The position numbers were made by a program, and so were the translations under genes. A DNA stretch of 64,000 nt from Callorhinchus milii. Lineage: Eukaryota. The notes beneath the pieces were generated by a model that saw only the letters and a list, made by a program, of their open reading frames with translations, made no database searches and was not told the DNA's origin. The number at the start of each line of letters is the position of its first letter. The stretch's first letter is position 1. The stretch covers positions 102,302,001 through 102,366,000 of the forward strand of contig NW_024704743.1 in NCBI RefSeq assembly GCF_018977255.1, in the 5' to 3' direction. Below, piece by piece: positions 50,545-63,918 of this stretch.

Positions 50545-52819
50545 ATCCTGGGAAACTCATGAGTTTCAGTCCAGCTGCCCACACTTAACTTAAAAGTTAA
50601 CCCGTTCACAACATCTATTGTGATTCTAACATTATACAAAAAGTGTAAATTCTAACAATCCCACCTCACAAGGGAACATGAAACCAGTGTTTGCTGAGCA
50701 GACAGGATGATAACGTCACAATGAAAATTGGATCCCTGTATGCTATGTATGTGCTTGGAATACTTCTTGAGAAGACTTTCTTAATTGAGCATCGTTCAAC
50801 CAGAACTCCAGCTGCAGTGTGAAGTTGTGGATATAATTCTTTCTCGATCTTCAATATAGCACAAATTACATTCATATATTCTATCCAGGAGTTTGAAGGG
50901 ATGTCAAGATGTTGCTGTGTTCATTGAAATATTGTTGTACAGGTGGCTTGCCATATGTCTTCTCGGAGCAGTGCTACTTTTGCACGCACCAGTCTGCATG
51001 TACTGTGCAAACGGTTGCATTGTAAAGCAAATGTTGTGCACGCTTATATTAACGCTGTCTGCTTGCTCTACTAATTACAGAAGCTGAAGATTTAAGCCTT
51101 TTAAATTAATGGCTTATGAACCACAGATAATAACAGTGCCATTTAAAAAAAATGTTTAATTGTTTTATGTTTACAGTATTCAATGCTGTTGGGATTAATT
51201 GTTCCTGTGTCTTGTTGCGCCAAAACAAAAACCATCTGGTGAATTATTGTCCTTTGGGAATGGCAAGCCCGTCAATTATCAAAGTAACCAGGGCAACATT
51301 CCAGCACAAGACATCATCTAAATGTAGCTTCCACAGATTATCCAACTGGCATTTTATTTAAATTCATTTTTAAATGAGTGCTTGTTGGCCAGCACAGGAG
51401 TCCTCTTTATATACCTTCCTATTCTTGAAAGCCTTTGCATTGCACATGCATTTTTCGCATAACTTTACAGAATTCCTATCATATACCTGATAGAAAACAA
51501 TGTAAAAAGAATGTATCGTTAAATCCAGTATTTTTGAATAAAAAAAAGTGTGTGCAGCTTCCATCAAGCTAAGTGTTCTGGTTTGGATTTAATTAAATAA
51601 ATGCGATACTGTTGTAATCCCAGTACAAGTCAATGCTTAGATTATCTGTGTTGCAAATTTCACTTGTAGTTCGAATGTTGATGCAGACCCTGGGGTAATA
51701 CATACTGAAGATTGTTTGCACCAGAGAAAAGTTACAGAGGATGTACAGTGAACAGTGGAGCCTTGCAAACCATCCTTTCATTGTTTTCAGCATTTATTGT
51801 CTCCCCTCTCTTTTGAAGGCTTCTTTTTGTTTTCACTTTAGGTACAGCTTCTTGGGTACTAGTTGTCATTGGGAACATTGTCCAAGTGAACTTAACTCCA
51901 CAGGAGCCTCCGCCCCTCCAAATTCCATCTCACATAATCCTCTGCCCTTTCCTTTCATGCGTGTAAGCATTAAATTTCCTCTTAAACAATCAATGCTTTT
52001 TTAAAACTTTATTTGCTATAATAACTTTGCATCTGAAATTTGTTTCACTTTGAGATTTGTTTAGGTCATACTCTGGTGAAGAAGTGCAAATTCCATTCTT
52101 TTTCACCCACCCCCACTTTTAGATTTTCCTTACTGATTGGCCAACAATGTTCAAGTCCAAAACAGCACTGATTCAGAATTGAAACAGTTCACTGGGGAAA
52201 AGAAATGTCCTGCAGAACTCTTAACTCGCGCGGTATTTAGTTGTAACCATTTTGATGGGTAAGTCACAAGAATTTAGTATTTTAAACGTGTAAAGCAGGA
52301 TGTGAAAATCGCACTGATTACATGCCTAACAGCATGCACGTAATCTCCAGGTCACAGAAAAATAAAGTGTATTTGTCCTGGGGGCATGTCAAAAATAACT
52401 AATGTGGTTATATACACTGGTATATATATTTTGAAACAAAATATCCTTTTGGAAAATATTTATAATCATACTAGTGCTTAATATAAATCTGGAAGATCAA
52501 TTAGCTGTGTAGAGATGTGTTTTTTTGAGAGCGTCTCAAAGCCTTTCACTGTGCTGGCTGGGTACCCAATCGGGGGATGTGGTTGAAATGAAGACAAAAT
52601 TCTTGGTGAAAGAGGTACATTTTGAGACATGCCCTGAAAGGAAAGGGATTTTGGGGTGGATTTCTAGAGGTGCCCCAAAAAGGTCAGGATTCGCTTTCTC
52701 AAAACCTAATTTAGTGAAGTGTTTTAGGACTCAGCAAGTGCATTAAAAATGTTCCATCATAAATCATTAGAAACCCTATTGAATTGGTACCATTCAATAG
52801 GGTTTCTAGCCACTCACAG

Positions 52820-54492
52820 ACATCTCTCCTCTCTTCCCTGTCCCTCTGCTCCGATCGCCTGCTCATAATGGGCGATTTCAACCTCCAACTAAACTCCCCT
52901 TGCACCACTTCTGCCGACTTCACGGCCCTCTTTTCCTCCCTTAACCTCACCCTTCACATAAACTCACCCACCCACAACCGTGGTTATACACTTAACCTCG
53001 TTATCACCCATGGCCTTGACATTTCCGACCTCAGAATTGTGGACAAGGCCATCTCGGACCACTTCATCATCTTCTTCACCTCTCACATCCCTCTCTCCTA
53101 CACCAAGCCCTCAACCATCCTCTACCACCCTTGGAAAAGGCTACCCCTGAGAACCTTCATCAAACATCTTATCACCCTGGCCTTGAATCCGTGAAATCCT
53201 GAAGCAGCCATCCAGCTGCTCCATGATCGCCTCTCCTCCCCCTTCAACTCCCTCGTCCCCCTGAAATCCAGGACCATCTCCAATTCCACCCGATTCCCCT
53301 GGTACAACAACCATCTCCGCTCCTTAAAAATCCAAACTCGGCTGCTCAAGCGCAGATGGCGGAAAACTGGCCTGACAGTCAACTGCCAACTGTGGCTCGA
53401 GCATCTCCACAGCTGCCGCTGTTCCTTGACAAGCGCAAAAACGGCCTTCTACTCCAATATCACCTTGGAGGCTAAACACAACCCGAAAGTCCTTTTTTCC
53501 AACACCCACTACCTCCTTCGTGCCCCCCTCAGGCCTCCTCAATCTTCATATCCAATGCCAAGTGCAAGGAGGAGGTCATGGACTTCTCATCTAAAATTCA
53601 CAAAATCCGCCAGGCAGCCTCATCCAACTGCCTCTTGTCACCCACCACCTCGCCCTCTCTGTCCCCCTAACCCTCCCCATCATCTGCTCCTACCACTACC
53701 CCCCGTCCTACATTCCTTCCTCCCCATCTCTCCCTCCTCCCTCTCACCCACCATCATCTCCATGAAACCCACCACCTACTGCCTCGAACCCCTCCCCACC
53801 AACTTGCTGGTCACCCAACTCCCCCTCCTCTGCCCACTACTGGCTGACGTCATCAACCAGTTCCTCTCCTCTGGATCAGTCCCTGCCCCCTCAAAACTAC
53901 TGTCATTACACCCCTCCTCAACAAACCTTCCCTAGATCCCTCAAACCCCAGTCACCACTGCCCTATTTCCAACCTGCCCTTCCTCGCTAAAGTCTTAGAA
54001 TGCGTTGTTGTGTTCGACTGGACTACTCCAACGCCCTCCTCGCTGGTCTCCCATCCACTAACATCCATAAAATCCAAATCATTCAAAACTCTGCTGCCGC
54101 ATTCTCACCCGCAACAAACTCCGCTCCCTGATTACCCCAGTCCTTACCAGACTGCAAACCCCTCCCTCTCTGACCTCCTCTCTCCTCAAAACAGTACCCG
54201 TTGCCTTCGTTCCTCCGGGTCTGGCCTCCTCCTCATCCCCCGAGTCCTCCGCTCCACCCTCGGCGGCCGTGCCTTCAGCCACTATGCCCCGAGGCTCTGG
54301 AACTGCCTTCCTCACTCCCTTCGTCTCGCTCTCTCCCTTCTTATTTTGAGGTCTCTGCTGAAGACCTTTCTTTTTGACCGTGCCTTTGGTCACCTTCCTC
54401 CCCCTGGCTCGGCCCCGGGATCTGTTATTGTGAAGCGCTCTGAGATGCCGTCCGGCGTGGAGGGCGCTATATAAATCCAAGTTGTTGTTGTT
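52820..54492 (+). mobile_element. L2 with endonuclease region and 3' end but RT core missing
   Basis: MGDFNL, THNRGYTLNL, SDHF; LPFLAKVLECVV joined at ~54010 to RLDYSNALL; intact tail. Confidence 0.92.
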
Positions 54493-54939
54493 ACCATCCA
54501 TATCTTTTAAATGGAACAGGTGCACAGCACTGTTGGATTTGTTACTGACTTTTTTTTTACTGGCCTGTGATAATCTGTCTACAGACATACCTAATTTATA
54601 ACTTTTGTACATTAGATGTTTAATGTAATGCAGCCACATTGAGGATTTTCTCATGACTTTGACCTGAGTGGTTGCTGAGAGAAGTATACAGATCATGGAG
54701 ATCTAAATTTAAGATGCTCTGAATGTTGTCTATTCTATGCTTTCACAATTCTTGCTCATAGAGCAATGTTTGAGTCTTTAACAGACATTTTCTCCAAGTG
54801 GAAGATTTTCAGTTGATGACATTCTTAGTAAGTGAGTGATACGCCTACAGGAGAAGAAGTGGATACATCAACACCACTGGTTCTGTGCTAGCTTTTAAAT
54901 GCAAAACACATTTGGATCTGTTGTGTTGTGTGTTTGCAA

Positions 54940-55260
54940 GTGCAGTGGAGTTTCTGCAATATAATAGCATTAAGTTAGCAAAACATCAAAGCACAATGCT
55001 TAGCATTTAAAGCACAGTCTGGCAAGCTTCTTGCTGCTTGTCCAGCTAGGACCATTCTATGCTTTAAGGTATTCGGATACTGGGTAAACAAGAACCAAGT
55101 GGAAAGACTACCTGCTCCAAATCTGTCCCTTCAAATCCTACCAATGAGCTAGGCTGGCTGATCTGTCATCAGCCTGGAGTTTTGCGGATGCACCTAATTC
55201 AGGAGCCAGATGACTCAGATCACCTCACAGGTTTAATATAATTCTAACATTGCAATGTCA
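54940..55260 (-). repeat. Unclassified repeat copy F (diverged 5' half)
   Basis: Reverse: ctggctcctga...ctgatgacag...cctagctcattgg...ggtcctagctggacaagc...gcttgccag. Confidence 0.7.
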
Positions 55261-57834
55261 AGCATGTCGTTTTGGAGCCAATTCAAGCCAAAGAAACCTT
55301 CCCCCCACCCCCACTTTGAGGAAAGTCACCAGTTGTTCATTTGATATCCAAATGCATTGGTCTATTCAAGGATGTGCCATATGACAATATGTGGCCAATT
55401 AAATGCTGTTCTGGTTATATAGCATTTTGCAGAGTTTCCACCGTTTACAAGTGCCTGACAAAAAAATATTTACAGACAGTGAATAACACATGATGAGCCG
55501 TGTTGTAAAGCTGTACATACAGTCGTTCTTCATTCTTGGGTATAAATGGGAATTAAAATGCTTACAGCACAGTAAGTGTCTGTTCAGATCATCTTGCCTG
55601 TCCTGGTGCTATCTTTCCCCAGTAGAGTCATCTATCCTAAACCTTTTCCCCTGCTCTTTCTCCAGATTCTTTAATTTATTTTCCTCAAAGTATTTATCTG
55701 ATTCTTTTTCAAATGCAGTTTTGGACTCGTGGAATCACATAGACTGCTACAATGCGAAAACAAGTCATGCAGGCCAACTCATTCATGAGAGTGCTTGTTC
55801 TCACATGAACCTTTACCCCTCTACTCGGCTTCAATATACCTTTGTGATAAAGCATGCCACATTCTAATAACCACCTGGATTAAAACGTATCTCCTGACCT
55901 CCCTTTTTTTGATTTTAACTATATGCATCTTGTGCAACAATCAGTGAAAATATTTTTTCTCTATTGACTTCATCAACATTACTGGTGATTTTGACTCCTA
56001 ATTAGAAGCTAGTATGGTTGGTATTTTACAAGCATGAGGCCAAATGCGCTGAAGAGCTTTTTTTACCATATCTTTCTTGTGAGATAAAGTATTTCTCTTC
56101 TGCCTATATCTTCATCTTTGATCGTTTGCAGTCAGCTGCAATCTTTTAAGCTATAAACTGTGAATTGCTATGGGGCTGGTTTGGTCTTGCTCTCAAAGCA
56201 GTCAGTTCAGTTACATACCGTATTTCCAATGCTGCAAAGGATGGTGTCTGGCCATGGGGTAAGGGATCTTAATTTTACCCGATAGTCGTTAAAAGCTTTG
56301 AGATGGATTTTGGTACTCTTGTTAGTAGTTCTGTCTGTAAGGTGCTATGAGCTTCTATGTACACCTAGAGCAAATGTTTTTCTATTTTGATTTGTTAAAG
56401 ATCGTAATGTTTTGTAGAATCTTCACCATATTTACAAACCACCTCCAGCATGGTTAATCATAAGGGTGAAATTGTCAAATGTCATGTTGTGCATCGAGGC
56501 CATAACCCCAGGTATTGAATTAATGGTCAAATTCTACATGGTGAATTGAAGGTCATTATCCCAGCTGCATGAATCACTGGTCAATTGTCATATTGTTAAC
56601 GCAGAGTTATTATCTCAAGTACATGAGTCAACGAACAAATGTTGTGTTGTGAATGGAGAACAATTACCCAGGTATTGTGTCCTGGAGAAAGAAATCAGTT
56701 TCCTCTCCTGTCTGCAAACTGGGCTACAATATTCCATTACTGAGTGGATATAGGTTTCATAGCACCATGAAATTACTCACGGTGACAAATACCTTTGCTC
56801 TGAACTCCAACTGCAGAACAGCAGCACAATTATGTTTCAATGAAATTTTTGCCCTGAAATGTGTTTGACATTTGAAGTTATCCGAAAGCAGATAAGACAG
56901 CACATGTAGCAGTAAACAAACATCAGCTCTGATTAGTTCACAAAATGTTGCAGTAAATGAAGTGCAGAAAAGCAAACGTGGGCTTCACCAAACCAACCCA
57001 TGCTTGAGCCTACAAATATGTTCAGGCTCTGGCAAATGTAGTTGAAATAATGAGGTGAGCTGCATAAATACAAACTGCTTAGGTTGTTCAGTTAGTTTGT
57101 TGACAATGCAGTCTGCAACATATAAATATATTTTTTCAATAAAAAGGGTTTTCATTAAATGCAAGTCAACACAATGTTTTGTGATTAAAAAAAGTAATTA
57201 ATCCCATTTGGTATTTTACCTAATAAATCTTTGGGAGCACATTACTGTTGCTCCTGGTATATGTGCTGGCAAATTGCTAGTAGCATCTTATACACTCCAG
57301 TGCAAAAGAGTCATTCTATTGAATGATGTACTGTTCCGTTGTGAGCTGCTTTTGAATATGTATGTTTTCTACAGACAATTAAATGCATTTATGCACAACT
57401 TCTACATGCCTCTAAATGTCGGGTGGAATGGTCAAATGCAGTTTAGTGAATCCAGGGTCAGCAGCCTATTTTTTGTGTTTTAACAATCTGTGTTTGAAAA
57501 AATTCAGCAGGTCATACAAATGCCTTGCTAGACTTTTGTCTTGTCTGAAAAGTGTTCTGTGATTCTTTCCAGTTTAGAACAGCTTTGCTTAAATAGAATT
57601 TTCAAATCATAGTGTATCTTCATTATAAATATATTACGATCATATGCTATCAAGTGTTTCATAAATCACAGGTATGAATGAGCTTAAAGAGCATTATTTA
57701 CAGCATATTTTCCTGTGAGATCTAAGTCTTTCAAATCTTTTCAAATTAATTTAGCTGAAGATTCAATTATTTAAGACATAAAATATTTACATTAAACTTT
57801 AGTAGTGAATGATTGATGCATAAGAATATTAAAC

Positions 57835-58080
57835 AGTAGCTTGAATTTATAAGGCGACTTTCATATCAAAGAACTTCTCAACATACTTGACGGTGTATAA
57901 CAATATAATGGTGCATAACAACCAAAGAAATGTGAAGATGTTGACCAAAGACATGGTCAATGACATATTTGTGAAGGCAAAGGAAAGGTAGGATGCCAAT
58001 CCATTAGCATTCTGGAGAACGGGGACATGGTGGCTGAAAGCTTGGCCATCAATGGGGAACAAGTAGTAAGGTTAGATTGC
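57835..58080 (-). mobile_element. Old L2 3' fragment
   Basis: PIDGQAFSHHVPVL on the minus strand; degenerate tail. Confidence 0.6.
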
Positions 58081-58220
58081 CCAAGGTATAGTTTGGAATT
58101 TAGGACTGGAGAAGATCACACAGTTTGAATGATGCTAGACCTTGGAGGGAATTTTGAACACCAAGAAACTTGTACTCAATTCTCTGGAAATACTGGAAAC
58201 CAACAGACCTTGTTGAGTAT

Positions 58221-58221
<1 letters not shown>

Positions 58222-58253
<32 letters not shown>

Positions 58254-58549
58254 CCTTGCATTTGATATAACGTTTTTCAAATCTTATAGACATCTCAAAG
58301 AGCTTCACAAACTGTAAAGTAAATTAATTGTATATTTGTGGGCAAAATGCTGCAGCCAATTGTGCAAAGCAGTGTCCCACAAACAGTCATGGATTGAAGT
58401 GACCAATTTATTATTTTTTTTTCTTGAGGGATTATTATCAGGCGTGTGGAATCAGGAAAATTGCCCAAGGTTTCGCCCTGCTGGGAATTGAAACCAGGTC
58501 TCTCGCTTGCAAGGTGAGTGCTCTAACCATTGAGCTACAGGACTCCACA
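58222..58549 (-). mobile_element. tRNA-Ala SINE, full length, moderately diverged
   Basis: Reverse copy with long (AAT)n. Confidence 0.93.
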
Positions 58550-61500
58550 TGGGGCGAATGGGCACATGGAACCTTGTACCCAAGACAACTTGGGCTGATG
58601 AGGTCTGGATCATTAGAATCTTTTCCACAGTGGAATTGCGCACATTAAGAAATATGATTTGAGTTGATAAAGGCACAGATAAGGGATTTGACAGCAGTGT
58701 AAGTGCTTATCCAGGATTGAGGTCAAAGATGGTGACAGATTTACTGTAAAATTCCAGAACTTAATAGAAGAATGTTTTTATCTTTATGTCAACAAACATT
58801 TTTTTTATCATTGTAACAAAATAAAATCTCTTAATCTATTCAATGCTGTGAGGGTGGAAGACAGTCCATATCTTAGACTATCAATCATAACACACAGGAG
58901 AAAGGCTGGAGAGTAAAAATCATTTGGTCTGTTTTTTTCCTCTCTCTCTAGCTCTTTTTTATATGTTGAAAGCTTTTTGGAATCACAAATAGCCTTTTCA
59001 AAATATCACAAATTAAATGAAAGAATGAAAGCTACCATTACTATGTTTTTTGTAAATATCACAAATTTGATCCTAATATGTCACATATTTTTGATCGACC
59101 ATGCAGTATGTATGTGCAGCAATTTCTTTTTGATTCTTTCCTGTCTGATTTTATTTGTCTGATAAGTTTTCTTATCTTAAATTAGAGATCGAACTCAAAT
59201 CTGTCTGAGCACCGTGATCCGCAAGAGTCCTGTGGATCCGAGTGAAACACACAACACGGGATGGTTGGATTGAGTGGCATGTTTCCATGCTGTACATTTT
59301 TTGGAAATAAAATAAAGGCAAAAGGAGAACATCTCACCGAAATATGTCATGTATTTGAAGCTTGCCCAAAGGTTCTTCATTTAATAGACATAGGTGTCCA
59401 TCAGTTATAGATGTTCGAGACTTCAATCAATGGAAGTTTAGATAAATACTTCAGGCTTCCCCGATGGGCATTTCTATCTTGACGCCTGACTTTCTGGCCT
59501 TTCTCTAACAAATGATCCATCCTAAGAAATCCATACATACTAATAATTCAGAAGTTCATGTACTCTCCAGAAGTCTGAGACCTGTCATTTTCCATTGTCA
59601 AGGTAGATCTTAAATTACGATTGCTCCAGTTATAGAAAATGTTCAAGTTCCGGTTTGTGTGTGTGAATGGATGGGACGGGGTTTGGGGCATGGGGCTGGG
59701 GCACATTGGATTTATAATATAATAGTCCTTACATCTGATATACTGTTTTTCATATCAGGAGAATGCCTTAGCCACCTTTTCCCTCCCTCGCCATCTCCTT
59801 CCTCCCATTTTATGCTTCCACTCCATCTGTGTAAAGTACTTACTGATGTTGTCCTATGCATGAGGCACTATGAAATTGTAACTTGTTGTTGATCATTACA
59901 ACAAAATAATAATCCTTGCATGGCCTTTTCTGAATATGTTCACAATATACTCCCCACTTCACAGATGGAAATATAGATTCTTCCCATGTAATCATCTAAT
60001 TCAGATTGATACACAGCTTTTGGAAGTGTGAAATACTCATCACTGCAGGTACCACCTCACTGGCTGTTACATTTACATTGCTTCTTAATTCTTGCTGTCG
60101 GCACTGAACATGTAAGGCTTTGTTAATTAATATTTTGGAAATTGTGTTAAACAGATTTTAGTGCCCATTTCAGTTGAACCAAGGAATTATGGCTCCATAG
60201 TGCTCCTTCAAGCATTGCCAACTAAACTCGTTATTCTTCAATGTTTCACAAAGGTAATGCTGCAAACGAGAGCTTTCCACCTTGATCAGCACTGGAGGAT
60301 AAGCTTCCATGCTTATGACAAAGCATAGGATACAAAAATGTGTAATTTGTTCAAAACATTTTTTTATTTTATTCAGTCAGAATATGATACAAACTGCTAA
60401 AGAATATGATCAGTTCCGGCACTTGCGTAGAAAATGGGTTTGGGTTAAATTCAATTCCTTTTTTAGNAAAAAAAATCAAAAGTTCTGTCTTTTCTTGTAA
60501 TGGTTTGAGAATAGTCCACTGTGGAGGGTGTGGATACCTCTTATATTCTGATTGTGTGAAGGTTTGTAAATGTCTCCGCCACCTTCAAGTGCTCTGGGAA
60601 GCTGCTCTGCGTGAGGAGCTCTCTATAAATGCAAATTGTTGTTGTCCAGGAAAGGACACCAAATTAAAATTGTATTTTATGAAAGCAATACCAATGCTGA
60701 TTTTATTTAGTATATTGTTATACTTACCATCCAGACACAGATCTTTCAGAAAATAGTTCAAGTAGGATCTTCCATAGAGAGTATTGGCAAACATTTTATT
60801 GTATGAAGAAAAAGCATAAGAGGTAAGCATAATTTTGTCACAATAACATTTGATGTAATTGTGTGATGTAATCATAAGAGAGCACGGCAGAATATACTTG
60901 ACACCAATTATCTATAAAACCTTTGAGATTTTTTGGGTTATAAACACTATCAAATGTTATTGTTTATTATATAGCGTCCTCTGTCAATTTGAGTGCTTGG
61001 ATTAGGACTAGGACTAGGATTGTGATTTATCAAAGGTTCCAATGAGAGATAAAGTGAGAGAGAAACAGATGGCCATAGAAAGATGGTATTTTGCTCTCTG
61101 AACGGTTTTTGCATTCCAAGACTAGCTGAATGCAATAAAGTAACACATCCTATTCCTTTTGCAAATTTAGCAAACTGTACCCTAATTGAGCATTTTAATG
61201 TGATTTAAATGATTGCAGTGAAATAATGTTTGGTTATAGAAGTATTCTATAGCATGTAACAAAAGATGAGAACAAGTAATTGCTGCTTGTAAAATTGAAC
61301 TTTATTATGTCCTATTTTGGGGGAAAGATATTCCGTTACCATAAAGTCAAACCTTATTTATAATTAATTGCAAATTAGGATCAAGCTTGGCAATGCCTTA
61401 AACAACTAATCTCTCAGAGGAGGCTTAGCATTGTACCATTTATCCTGCAGACCTCAAACATAACTTCACAGTTCCCTGGGAGAAAGTGAATCGTTGCAAC

Positions 61501-63329
61501 AAACCAGCCTTATGTGATAACAATGTCTCAGGAGGTTTAGTGCCAATCATTTTACGGAAATTCTAGTTAAAATTGAACTTATAGTTGGCGTATTTCACCC
61601 ACTTTCAAAATCTAATGAATAATTATTAAAGACGACCGATGTATCAATCATTCTGGAAGTAACTGAGCAGCACCTGGCTGCAGTTCAATCAACAGGTCAG
61701 AGGAGGGTCAGTAATGATTTAACTTTAAGGTAGATTGCCTTCAAATAGCAGTTGTTTTACTTCTGGTTGACTCGGATAGTTGATCTTGATTGCTTGTAAA
61801 ATAAAGTACAATGGGCACAAATTCCATCGGGATGTCTCGAGGAGCTGATTGAGAAAATATAAGCGGTAAGCAGTGTTCCTTTTTTGATAACATGATAAAT
61901 TGTGGAGGCTTTTTTGGCATGTAAGAAATGCAGTAATGCCAACATAACCTTAATTAGACTCAGTAAACTGTTTATTTATGGACCAGTGCAATTTTACTAT
62001 GAATTCTGTCCGTTCAGGTTTTGTAAAGTCCAACATTCATTTATAGCTGTTACATTTGGTGCAAACATTCTCAAAGCTCATTTCCCTTATTAGAAGAACC
62101 AAACATGCCTGCTTGGAAAGTACTTGGAATGAAGGGTATACTATTATGCTTTTTGTTGAAGTGGAAACTAAGAAATTATTGAAACGGCTTATTTAATAAA
62201 GTCGCTGATAGGAAAACTGCTTCTTTGCAAGATGCCAGAACAGACATTCTACTAAAAAATTATTTTGCCTCATCTGTTGTTTATCGGTATCTTAGCTGTT
62301 TCAATGGATGTGTTAGCACATGCTGAGATATGAACAGTAACAACAAGATTAACTCTCATTTAAAAAGCAGCTTGACGGTAAAGTGGGTCTTCTGGGTAAG
62401 ATCAGGTGGGCCTTCTTCATCCGCACCAATCTTGTGATCTATGTGCTGGACTTGTGGAGTGAACTTGAATGTGCATCTCCTGGTTAATCAAAATGCTTCC
62501 ATTGGAAATCTCAACTTCGCCCCAGAAAATTACAGGAAAAATATGTATTCAAAATGTCATGAAATTAACATTTCTTCAAGATATCCCTGCATGAATAACA
62601 ACCCTTGAGAAGCTAATATTATTTAGAATAGGTTTATTTCCATTTATCAGGCTTTTATCACCGTCAACTGCATCAGGTAGCTCATCTTTTCTGTATGAAC
62701 AGTGCCAGTCAGGATGGGCAGCCTTCATGGCAAGTGGCACAGGAGCTGTGGATATCAGTCGATGTGTCTTCTTGTAGCCCAGCAGAAGATATGATGGAAT
62801 ACATAGTAACATTGTTACAGGAAGAAAGAAGATCACAGGAAACAAAGTTAAAGTACTTGAAGTGATCCCCTGCTGAGCTTTCATTCCTACATGGATTCAT
62901 AAAGGACTTCATAATACTCTTTATACCGACTGTCTATGGAATGGGAAATGCATCTCCACCCCTGCAGTTAAACTTACATGAGGCTTTTATATCTGTGAAA
63001 TCTGATATGTCTATGCCAATAACTTTCTCTCTAGTCACTTCTAAGGGAATGTTGGTATGTGACAATTTGTTGGAGTCGTGAAACTATTGTAATTTTTCAT
63101 TGCCTAAAGCTGTGCTAGAAAGTGCCTTTTGTTGTTGTGTAGCTGTGTATTATCTTTCATTGTTGATACACATAAATCTCATGTGTTGCGTAATAATATT
63201 TCCCATGCTTTATGAACAAGTAATCAGACTTTATGTAATAGTTTACCTGTTATTTCTGAAAGCCAGCACTCAGAGATGCTATGCTATGTGAAGGGTGCTA
63301 TATAAATGCAAGTTGTTGTTAATTGTGGC

Positions 63330-63657
63330 ATAATAATAATATAATAATAATCCTTGCATTTTGATATAGCGCTTTTCACGTTGGGAGGACGTCCCAAAGC
63401 GCTTCACAGAATACACTGTAAAGTGAATTGACTGTATATTTGTGGGCGAACGTGGCAGTCAATTGCACACAGCAATGTCACACAAACAGTCGTAGATTGA
63501 AATTGACCAATTTATTATTGTTTTTGGTTTTTTGGAGGGATTATTATTAGGCGTGTGGAGTAAGGAAACTTGCCCAAGGTTTCGCCCTGCCTGGAATTGA
63601 ACTCAGGTCTCTCGCTTGCAAAGCGAGTGCTCTAACCACTGAGCTACAGGACTCCAC
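63330..63657 (-). mobile_element. Young tRNA-Ala SINE, full length
   Basis: Reverse complement of the family. Confidence 0.95.
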
Positions 63658-63711
63658 TTTGTGGCATGTGGTGGGAAGCAACTGTTGTGTGCTTTTGGAT
63701 CTTCAACCAAC

Positions 63712-63918
63712 AGTCCCTTTGCCTCTCTCCCTTCCTTGCCTCCTTCAAGGCACATCTCTAGACCCTCCTCTTTGACTACGCCTTTCGCCACTCTCGTACC
63801 CTCCCTGCCCTCCACTCTTCCTAATACCAACTTCCTGCTTGAGTCCAAATCTCTGACTCTCCAGCACTTTGGGATGCCCACCCAACGTGAAAGGCACGAC
63901 ACAAATTTAATTTGTTGT
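63712..63918 (+). mobile_element. L2 3' fragment
   Basis: cagtccctttgcctc...gggatgcccacccaacgtgaaaggcacg tail. Confidence 0.8.

Larger units (their letters stand above)
49864..50657 (-). mobile_element. Solo LTR (794 bp) with 4-bp TSD ATCC
   Basis: Termini TGTTAGAA...TTCTAACA; ATCC at 49860-49863 and 50658-50661; minus-strand TATAAG (50356-50361) and AATAAA (49934-49939). Confidence 0.92.

Noticed and set aside
50089..50588. Repetitive ORFs on both strands (RDGSISRILVSAT..., HLPYPCLRD...)
   Set aside because: Products of the 39-bp tandem array inside a solo LTR; no protein family recognised.
60467..60467. Single N between T- and A-runs
   Set aside because: Base-calling or assembly ambiguity, not biology.
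62576..62912. Possible coding exon (ORFs on both strands)
   Set aside because: No recognisable domain or convincing splice pair; length compatible with chance.
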